Source of the DNA: Candidatus Iainarchaeum sp.
GTDB taxonomy: Archaea > Iainarchaeota > Iainarchaeia > Iainarchaeales > CSSED10-239
Length of the DNA stretch: 5,776 bases
Assembly (NCBI GenBank): GCA_028700905.1
Contig: JAQVRT010000042.1
Coordinates: 1-5,776 of the forward strand
Reading direction: 5' to 3'
Made by a program: the position numbers and the translations under genes. This document shows, in pieces, positions 1 to 4,666 of this stretch (the stretch's first letter is position 1; every line of letters begins with the position of its first letter). The notes beneath the pieces are model-generated. The model did no database searches. It saw only the letters and a list, made by a program, of their open reading frames with translations, and had not been told where the DNA came from.

Positions 1-569
1 TTTAATGGTTTTAATAAAAAAGATTTTTTAAAATATTTTTCTAATTTTCTAGGATCTTTTGAAAAGAAAGTATGAAGTAACAATCTAATAAATCTATATC
101 TTAATCTTGCATATTTATGATAAAGAGCAATAGTTATTACTCCTTCTTTTTTTAAAAGAGAAGTTAGTTTTTTAAATCCTTTATAAGCATCTTCAGTATG
201 ATGTAAAACCCCTATTGAAAAAATATAATCAAATGTTCCTAAATCACTTAAATCATCATTTAAAATATCTTTTTGTAAAATTTTAATATTTAATTTTTCA
301 TCAATTACTCTTTTTCTAAGAACAGACAACTGTCCAGAAGATAGATCAATTGCAGTTACCTTTGCCCCTTTTTTTGCAAGGAAAATAGATTTTTCTCCAG
401 TTCCACACCCTGCATCAAGTATTTTCTTCCCCTTTAAGTCTTTTAGATCTACTATTGAATAAGAAACAATACCTGAAATAAGTTTATTATGTTTTTTTCT
501 TTGACGATTAGTATAAAGCTTAACTAAAGGGTAATTATAGTTGTCATAATAATTTTTTACTTCTTTCAT
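1..569 (-). CDS. Class I (Rossmann-fold) SAM-dependent methyltransferase, partial; the C-terminus runs off the left edge of the window
   Basis: This ORF is not in the supplied track because it is truncated. My hand translation from the ATG at 569-567 gives MKEVKNYYDNYNYPLVKLYTNRQRKKHNKLISGIVSYSIVDLKDLKGKKILDAGCGTGEKSIFLAKKGAKVTAIDLS...GTFDYIFSIGVLHHTEDAYKGFKKLTSLLKKEGVITIALYH...LEKYFKKSFLLKPL. The frame stays open to position 3. ILDAGCGTGE is the canonical motif I (hhDxGCGxG) and AIDLS is the acidic motif II loop. The ATG overlaps the TGA stop of the upstream HAD gene (ATGA, 566-569). Confidence 0.75.
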   Translation of the reverse strand, partial: MKEVKNYYDNYNYPLVKLYTNRQRKKHNKLISGIVSYSIVDLKDLKGKKILDAGCGTGEKSIFLAKKGAKVTAIDLSSGQLSVLRKRVIDEKLNIKILQKDILNDDLSDLGTFDYIFSIGVLHHTEDAYKGFKKLTSLLKKEGVITIALYHKYARLRYRFIRLLLHTFFSKDPRKLEKYFKKSFLLKPL

Positions 570-1225
570 AATTTAATCAATGAGTTTAGTTTATTAAAAG
601 TTATTTCTTTAGTACTTTTTACAATTAAAGAAGTTTTTAATTTTTTAAAATCAGTAACATTTGTAAATTCTGACAACACACCTACAGATTTAAGTCCAGC
701 TCTATGAATAGAAACAATACCTTGAAGAGAATCTTCTATTCCTACACATTCATTTGATGAAAGTTTTAAAAAAGTTAAAGGATTATAAAAAGCATCTTTG
801 TAAGGTTTATGTCTTTTAATATCTTCTGAAGTTAAAATTAAATCAAAATAATCTAAAATATTATATTTATTAAGTAAGAATAAAATATTTTCTCTTTCAT
901 TTGAAGAAGAAAGAACTATTTTAATATTTTTTTTCTTTAATGTTTTTAAAAGATTAATTATCCCTGGATTTGGTTTTATTTCTTTTATAAAAGAATAAAA
1001 AATATCATGTTTTTCAGAAATATAATCTGAAAGCTTTATTGAAAGATTATATTTTTTATTTACATATTTTAGAAAATCTTTAGTTGTTGTTGCAAGATTT
1101 TCTTTATGTTCTTTTTTTGTAAACTTAATATTATATCTTTTAAAAAAAAGTTCTCTAGTCTTAAGATAATATTTAGCAGAGTTAAATAATACTCCATCAA
1201 AATCAAAAATTACAGCTTTTAACAT
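566..1225 (-). CDS. HAD-superfamily hydrolase, subfamily IA (beta-phosphoglucomutase / sugar-phosphatase-like)
   Basis: 219-aa ORF carrying all four HAD motifs. Motif I is FDFDGVLFNS (DxDG), motif II is VLSSSNE, the motif III Lys is in RHKPYKDAF, and motif IV is GIEDSLQGI followed by AGLKSVGV. A helical cap region lies between motifs I and II, as in type IA members. An AGGTG sits 7 nt upstream of the ATG. Confidence 0.85.
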   Translation of the reverse strand: MLKAVIFDFDGVLFNSAKYYLKTRELFFKRYNIKFTKKEHKENLATTTKDFLKYVNKKYNLSIKLSDYISEKHDIFYSFIKEIKPNPGIINLLKTLKKKNIKIVLSSSNERENILFLLNKYNILDYFDLILTSEDIKRHKPYKDAFYNPLTFLKLSSNECVGIEDSLQGIVSIHRAGLKSVGVLSEFTNVTDFKKLKTSLIVKSTKEITFNKLNSLIKL

Positions 1226-1232
1226 AAACTTA

Positions 1233-1237
1233 CACCT
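1233..1237 (-). promoter_or_regulatory. Shine-Dalgarno-like AGGTG for the HAD hydrolase gene
   Basis: The plus-strand cacct at 1233-1237 reads AGGTG on the minus strand, with a 7-nt spacer to the ATG at 1225. Confidence 0.5.
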
Positions 1238-1262
1238 ATTAATAAAAATTATTAATTATTTT

Positions 1263-1302
1263 AAAAAAAAAGAAAAAAGAAAAAATGATTTTTAAAAAAA
1301 AA
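1263..1302 (-). terminator. Oligo-T terminator region after the membrane-protein gene
   Basis: On the minus strand, directly after the TGA (1305-1303), the sequence reads T9 A5 TCA T6 C T6 C T9. A weak AT-only hairpin (ATGATTTTT / AAAAATCAT, 1285-1306) spans the stop codon. Runs of five or more T are typical archaeal termination signals. Confidence 0.45.
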
Positions 1303-1725
1303 TCATCTATCTTTCCATGCAGCCATACCTATTACTACTAAAGATACAACAGGTATTAAAGCAAGCCAACCAGGATAATTTCTTTTTTCAAAGATTCTCC
1401 ACAAGGATACTATATATAAAATTAGTAATGCAAACCATCCTAAAATAGGTATTAATACTAAGAATATTAATGCCCAATGGAATCCACCAAGCTCTAAAAT
1501 CATTGCAATATTTGCAACAGGTATCCATGAAAGCCAAGGATATTTATATTTTAACTTTTTTCCAATAGTTTGGAATGCAAGTGCTGTATAAACATATATC
1601 GCTAAATTTATTAGATTAGCTAATAAAGCAAGACCTGCAAAAATAGCAATTATACCACCTAATGCTTCAGGACTAGCTGTCATATTAGTGCTGTCAACTG
1701 CAGCAAATAACATATTTGAAAACAT
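1303..1725 (-). CDS. Small multi-pass membrane protein (3-4 predicted TM helices), function unknown
   Basis: 140-aa hydrophobic ORF with helices around GGIIAIFAGLALLANLINLAIYVYTALAF, WIPVANIAMILELGG, HWALIFLVLIPILGWFALLILYIVSLW and WLALIPVVSLVVIGMAAW. The W-L-x-W-I-P-[VI]-x-N motif recalls a widespread family of small uncharacterised membrane proteins, which I remember as DUF5684-like; this is unverified. A GGAGG lies 9 nt upstream of the ATG. Confidence 0.7.
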   Translation of the reverse strand: MFSNMLFAAVDSTNMTASPEALGGIIAIFAGLALLANLINLAIYVYTALAFQTIGKKLKYKYPWLSWIPVANIAMILELGGFHWALIFLVLIPILGWFALLILYIVSLWRIFEKRNYPGWLALIPVVSLVVIGMAAWKDR

Positions 1726-1734
1726 TTATTTACG

Positions 1735-1739
1735 CCTCC
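1735..1739 (-). promoter_or_regulatory. Shine-Dalgarno GGAGG for the membrane-protein gene
   Basis: The plus-strand cctcc at 1735-1739 reads GGAGG on the minus strand, with a 9-nt spacer to the ATG at 1725. Confidence 0.5.
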
Positions 1740-1798
1740 GTTTTTAATTGTAATTTATAACATATATAATATATAAAAGATTTATAAAGGTATTATTT

Positions 1799-1840
1799 TT
1801 ATAAATACCCTTAAATTTCTTTTAAAAACCCTTAAATTTC
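1799..1840 (-). repeat. 21-bp tandem direct duplication (2 units, 19/21 identical) covering the last codons and stop of ndk
   Basis: The plus-strand units are ttataaatacccttaaatttc (1799-1819) and ttttaaaaacccttaaatttc (1820-1840). The 13-mer ACCCTTAAATTTC is exact in both. On the minus strand the region reads GAAATTTAAGGGTTTTTAAAA then GAAATTTAAGGGTATTTATAA. Confidence 0.75.
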
Positions 1841-2293
1841 ATCTACAGAATAAACAAAATCTAAATCTATTTTATCATATGAGAATAATTCTTCATCTTT
1901 AAAAAATCTTGCAATTTCAATATCTGAAGAAACTTGTGAATCTGAAGCATGTACAACATTACATTGACCACTTAAAGAATAATCTCCTCTAATAGTTCCA
2001 GCTTCTGCTTCATAACCTTTTGTAACACCTACAAGATTTCTAACAACTGTAATAGCATTAACCCCTTCAACTACAAGTAAAACAGAAGGAGCACTTTGCA
2101 TAAATCTTTTTAAATGAGGAAAAAAAGGCTTATCTTTTAAATGAAAATAATGTTCTCCAATTAAGTCATCATTTAAGTGCATCATTTTAAGACCAACAAG
2201 TTTTAGTCCTTTTCTTTCAAATCTATGTAGGATTTCTCCAACAAGACCTCTATTTAATGAATCTGGTTTAAAAATAACTAATGTTCTTTCCAT
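1832..2293 (-). CDS. ndk: Nucleoside diphosphate kinase
   Basis: MERTLVIFKPDSLNRGLVGEILHRFERKGLKLVGLKMM...KPFF...GTIRGDY...NVVHASDS matches the NDK fold signatures, including the catalytic His in the NxxH[AG]SD motif. The track ORF starts at the GTG at 2302. I prefer the ATG at 2293 because GAGGTG (2305-2300) lies 6 nt upstream of it and contains that GTG. Confidence 0.92.
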   Translation of the reverse strand: MERTLVIFKPDSLNRGLVGEILHRFERKGLKLVGLKMMHLNDDLIGEHYFHLKDKPFFPHLKRFMQSAPSVLLVVEGVNAITVVRNLVGVTKGYEAEAGTIRGDYSLSGQCNVVHASDSQVSSDIEIARFFKDEELFSYDKIDLDFVYSVDEI

Positions 2294-2299
2294 ATTTAA

Positions 2300-2305
2300 C
2301 ACCTC
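2300..2305 (-). promoter_or_regulatory. Shine-Dalgarno GAGGTG for ndk
   Basis: The plus-strand cacctc at 2300-2305 reads GAGGTG on the minus strand, with a 6-nt spacer to the ATG at 2293. It sits in the 17-nt gap after the upstream gene's TAA (2311-2313), which suggests co-transcription. Confidence 0.55.
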
Positions 2306-2310
2306 TAAAA

Positions 2311-3486
2311 TTATTTTCTTTCTAAAATATATATGTATCTGTTAATTTTTGAATCGTTTGCAGCAGCATAAAAAATAGGATTTTCAATTGATACTTGATT
2401 TGTAATTTTTGATGTATCTAAATAACTAAAACCATTATTTAAGAATACAGAATCAGAAACTTTTAATAATTGATTATCATATGTCTTAAGTTCTGGTAAA
2501 ATACATACAATTCTTGTCTTTGGTTTTAAATTACTATAAAGATTTCTAAATAAATCAGAATAAAGTTTATTTAAAGAATCAACTATACTTTTAGCTCTTA
2601 AAAAATTTGGTAATTTAGAGATAAAAGGACCCATGTATGGTTCAAAAACAACTCCATCTGCAGAAAAATTAAGTTTAGATGAGTCACCATGAAGTACAGT
2701 AAAATCATTTGTATATTTAAAATAAGAAACTGCCCAGGCTAAATTTTTCTTAGAGCTTATAACTTTTTCTCTTTCTTTGTCAATTCCTAAAACATTATAT
2801 CCTTTTGATAACCCTTCTATTAAAAAATTTCCAAAACCACAAAAAGGATCTAAAATTCTTTTACCTTTTTTAAGACCTAAAATATTTATCATTATTTTAG
2901 TTAATCTAAAAGAAGTTGAATATAATTTTTCTTGTTCAGGTCTTAAGGTATCTTTTTTAATAATATCTTTAGGAGAATAACAAACAACTGCATAACCTAA
3001 ATAATATTTATTATCAACTTTTGTAAAAAAAATTTCAAAACCTTTATCTAAAGAATAAGAAAAATAATTATTAGGATTAATGATTGTATTTTCTTTTTTA
3101 TCTTTAAACTTTTTTGCTTTTTTTAAAACACCTTTAACTTTCTCTAGTTTAAATTGTTCTTTAAAAGATTGTTTTACAAAATCAAGATCATCTTGAGAAA
3201 TAAATTTATATGAGATTCCATAATTAAATTTCTTTGAATAATCTTTATCAAAAAAATTTAAAAAATCACTAGAAATTTTATTAGAACTATAAAAAACTTT
3301 ATAGATCCTAGTAGTTCCACCTAAATCATCTATGATTTTTGAAAAATCTACTTTTTGTTTAAAATCAAAAATAGCATAAGTATCTGTACTTGTAATATAA
3401 GAAAAGGAAATGTTATTTAGTTTAAAATAAGAAAATACCTCAAGTATTGATAATTTATAATCCCTTCCAAATAAAAATAAGTACAT
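2311..3486 (-). CDS. Putative THUMP/Trm11-like (Trm-G10 type) N2-guanine RNA methyltransferase with a divergent catalytic motif
   Basis: The C-terminal half carries RP-x(n)-S-x-RLTKIMINILGLKKGKRILDPFCGFGNFLIEG...VLGIDK...NL...LHGDSSKL...ADGVVFEPYMGP. This has the same motif order as archaeal Trm11/UPF0020 enzymes (LDPFCGTG motif I, then DPPYG motif IV). The N-terminus (YLFLFGRDYKLSILEV) resembles the hhLSGExxxLAxAEL opening of that family. The track ORF begins at the TTG at 3495. I prefer the ATG at 3486, because a TATA-like ATATAAA (3512-3506) lies about 23 nt upstream of it, which fits a leaderless or near-leaderless mRNA. The start site is uncertain by 9 nt. Confidence 0.6.
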   Translation of the reverse strand: MYLFLFGRDYKLSILEVFSYFKLNNISFSYITSTDTYAIFDFKQKVDFSKIIDDLGGTTRIYKVFYSSNKISSDFLNFFDKDYSKKFNYGISYKFISQDDLDFVKQSFKEQFKLEKVKGVLKKAKKFKDKKENTIINPNNYFSYSLDKGFEIFFTKVDNKYYLGYAVVCYSPKDIIKKDTLRPEQEKLYSTSFRLTKIMINILGLKKGKRILDPFCGFGNFLIEGLSKGYNVLGIDKEREKVISSKKNLAWAVSYFKYTNDFTVLHGDSSKLNFSADGVVFEPYMGPFISKLPNFLRAKSIVDSLNKLYSDLFRNLYSNLKPKTRIVCILPELKTYDNQLLKVSDSVFLNNGFSYLDTSKITNQVSIENPIFYAAANDSKINRYIYILERK

Positions 3487-3519
3487 ATATTTCAAACACT
3501 AATTGTTTATATTTTTTTT

Positions 3520-3547
3520 AAAAAAATGAAAAAATAAAAGAAGAAAA
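3520..3547 (-). terminator. Oligo-T tract region after rpl10e
   Basis: On the minus strand after the TAA (3550-3548) the sequence reads T4 C TT C T4 A T6 CA T7, followed by A8 and a TATA-like element for the next gene. Confidence 0.4.
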
Positions 3548-4276
3548 TTACTTCTTCTTTTTATCATCTTTTTTAGCAGCAGGAGCAGCTTTACCAGCTG
3601 GAGCTTTTGCATCTTTACCAGCAACAACTTTACCTTTTGCAGCTTTAAGTTCTTGTGCTTTTGCTTCTTCTGCTTTCTTTTCTTCTTCTGCCATAGCAGC
3701 AAGTTTTCTTCTCTTCTTTGTAGTTCCAACAGATTTTAAGTTGTCTTTATTTTCTTCAATTACAACTTTCATTCTACAAGGAAGTTTAGAATCAAGTCTT
3801 TCAAAGACTTTTTTTACAAATTCAACATTTGCTTCATCAACTAAAACACTAAATAATTTTTGATTAGATTTAACTCTTGCAGCAACACCAACAACTTTTC
3901 CAAAAGGGCATTGACTCATACCTTGTTGAATTCTGTCGGCTTTAGCACCTTGAGCTTGTTTATTTTCTCTTAAGAAAAATTGAGGATATACTCTTAATTT
4001 CATATAGAAATTTTGAGCAGTTAATTTTTTATTTAAGTTTCTTACAACAGTTGTTCTTACAGATTCTAAAGCAGAATCTCTAATTTGTATTTTTTCAGCA
4101 GTTACATAATGAACTACATGAGAATATTGTTTTTCTCCAAAACCCATATGATATTGTCTAACTTTAATACCTGGAGTTCCGCCTACATAGTTCTTTCTAT
4201 GCACTCTTTTTGCAACTCTTGTATATGCTCTTTTATTTACTTTTGGATTATAACAATGTCCTGGTCTAACACCCAT
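3548..4276 (-). CDS. rpl10e: 50S ribosomal protein uL16 (archaeal/eukaryotic L10e) with a C-terminal Lys/Ala/Glu-rich extension
   Basis: MGVRPGHCY...YTR...Y..G.PG.K...MG opens as in the L10e family. The central LRVYPQFFLRENK...GA.ADR.Q.GM...FGK..G.AARV block and the C-terminal KLPCRMKVVIEE block correspond to the KFPGRQKI region of eukaryotic RPL10. An AGGTGA lies 6 nt upstream of the ATG. Residues from about 186 to 242 are a low-complexity KA-rich tail. Confidence 0.9.
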   Translation of the reverse strand: MGVRPGHCYNPKVNKRAYTRVAKRVHRKNYVGGTPGIKVRQYHMGFGEKQYSHVVHYVTAEKIQIRDSALESVRTTVVRNLNKKLTAQNFYMKLRVYPQFFLRENKQAQGAKADRIQQGMSQCPFGKVVGVAARVKSNQKLFSVLVDEANVEFVKKVFERLDSKLPCRMKVVIEENKDNLKSVGTTKKRRKLAAMAEEEKKAEEAKAQELKAAKGKVVAGKDAKAPAGKAAPAAKKDDKKKK

Positions 4277-4282
4277 AAATAC

Positions 4283-4288
4283 TCACCT
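4283..4288 (-). promoter_or_regulatory. Shine-Dalgarno AGGTGA for rpl10e
   Basis: The plus-strand tcacct at 4283-4288 reads AGGTGA on the minus strand, with a 6-nt spacer to the ATG at 4276. A self-complementary TATA-like TTTATAAA lies at 4304-4311, and a further TTTAAAATAAA element lies around 4320-4332. Confidence 0.55.
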
Positions 4289-4391
4289 ATAATTTTAAAT
4301 TTTTTTATAAATTAACTCCTTTATTTTAAAGTTTTACTTAGTAACAAAGAAATTGTCTAATATAATATATATATAGAAAAGTATATAAAGG

Positions 4392-4431
4392 AATATTTTA
4401 AACTTAAAAATAATATTTTATACTTAAAAAA
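4392..4431. repeat. 20-bp tandem direct repeat (2 units, 18/20 identical) in the rpl10e upstream spacer
   Basis: The units are aatattttaaacttaaaaat (4392-4411) and aatattttatacttaaaaaa (4412-4431). On the minus strand each unit reads as a T5-6 run followed by AAGT(A/T)TAAAATATT, that is, an oligo-T tract plus a TATA-like box. Confidence 0.7.
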
Positions 4432-4456
4432 TAGATACAAACTAATTAAATTGAAA

Positions 4457-4500
4457 GTAAGAACAGGGATCTGTTATATAGGATAACAGTGTGCTCTTAC
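4457..4500 (-). repeat. 44-nt nested inverted repeat (two-tier stem-loop); candidate structured RNA element or protein-binding dyad
   Basis: The lower stem pairs 4457-4465 (GTAAGAACA) with 4492-4500 (TGCTCTTAC). It has 8 Watson-Crick pairs plus one position (4463/4494) that is an A-C mismatch in plus-strand RNA but a G-U wobble in minus-strand RNA. The upper stem pairs 4471-4477 (CTGTTAT) with 4483-4489 (ATAACAG), 7 perfect pairs around a 5-nt loop. The internal loop is asymmetric (5 nt versus 2 nt). The strand assignment is tentative. Confidence 0.55.
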
Positions 4501-4538
4501 CTTCTTCTTTCTGCCTTTTTTTTCTATTTGTGAAATTA

Positions 4539-4552
4539 GGTAATAGATTACC
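4539..4552. repeat. Perfect 6-2-6 palindrome GGTAAT-AG-ATTACC
   Basis: Read directly from the sequence. The two GC pairs at each end stand out in a spacer that is otherwise strongly AT-rich. As RNA it could form only a 5-bp stem with a 4-nt loop, so a dimeric DNA-binding site is at least as plausible. Confidence 0.5.
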
Positions 4553-4596
4553 GTAAATATTATTGATAAAACTCTTTTTATAGGTATGGGGGTTGT

Positions 4597-4645
4597 AAAA
4601 AAAAACTAAAATAAGAAAAAAGTTTAGAAAACTAAACTCTTTTAT
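4597..4645 (-). terminator. Hairpin plus oligo-T terminator downstream of the PKD/lectin gene
   Basis: The minus strand reads AAAAGAGTTTAG-TTTT-CTAAACTTTTTT. The perfect 7-bp core pairs 4621-4627 with 4632-4638 and can be extended by A-T pairs and a G-T wobble. It is followed by T6 (4621-4616) and T9 (4605-4597), and begins about 25 nt after the TAA at 4669-4667. Confidence 0.5.
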
Positions 4646-4666
4646 GTTGAAGATTTAAATATGTAA

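Noticed and set aside
2294-2302. GTG start (2302) given by the track for ndk, and likewise the TTG start (3495) for the Trm11-like ORF
   Set aside because: For ndk, the GTG is part of the GAGGTG Shine-Dalgarno motif that is ideally spaced for the ATG at 2293, and NDK proteins normally begin right at the M-E-R-T-hhhhKPD strand. For the 394-aa ORF, the ATG at 3486 is favoured by the spacing to the TATA-like box. That second case remains uncertain.
2777-2980. 67-aa plus-strand track ORF antisense to the Trm11-like gene
   Set aside because: It lies entirely inside a longer, motif-bearing minus-strand CDS. It has no RBS and shows the low-complexity hydrophobic/Lys composition typical of antisense frames in AT-rich DNA.
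3499-3729. 76-aa minus-strand track ORF (MELQRREENLLLWQKKKRKQKK...) overlapping the 3' end of rpl10e in another frame
   Set aside because: It is a shadow ORF created by the low-complexity GCN/AAR codon repeats of the uL16 tail. The product is a meaningless K/L/Q repeat, and it runs through the oligo-T terminator region and has no RBS.
4085-4315. 76-aa plus-strand track ORF antisense to the 5' end of rpl10e
   Set aside because: It overlaps the most conserved part of uL16 on the opposite strand and extends across that gene's RBS and promoter. Its Phe/Ile/Ser/Asn-rich sequence has no recognisable motif.
4457-4500. Possible tRNA, split-tRNA half, C/D-box or H/ACA-box sRNA in the hairpin region
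   Set aside because: The region has no D-loop or T-loop consensus (no GTTCRAnn) and cannot form a cloverleaf. It has no RUGAUGA/CUGA box pair on either strand. There is no ACA trinucleotide at the expected distance 3' of the lower stem and no tandem G-A K-turn in the internal loop.
4478-4546. TAGGATAACAG (and AGGTAAT about 50 nt later) resembles the conserved LSU rRNA domain V segment GGGAUAACAGG and the I-SceI site TAGGGATAACAGGGTAAT
   Set aside because: Only about 10-11 nt match, with a gap, and the two pieces are not contiguous. No flanking rRNA-like sequence exists. Most of the match (ATAACAG) is simply one arm of the local inverted repeat. I treat it as coincidence, although rRNA mimicry in an r-protein leader cannot be excluded without comparative data.
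4586-4609. Mini-ORF MGVVKKN on the plus strand, whose first codons echo the MGV start of uL16
   Set aside because: It is only seven codons, has no ribosome-binding spacing (its TAGGT directly abuts the ATG), and its 3' part is the A9 run that serves as the minus-strand T9 terminator. The similarity to the rpl10e start covers only a handful of bases.
4277-4666. Replication origin (AT-rich spacer, G-string TATGGGGGTTGT at 4585-4596, inverted repeats)
   Set aside because: There are no repeated ORB or mini-ORB elements and only one G-string. No orc1/cdc6 or other replication gene is adjacent, and all flanking genes are co-oriented rather than diverging.
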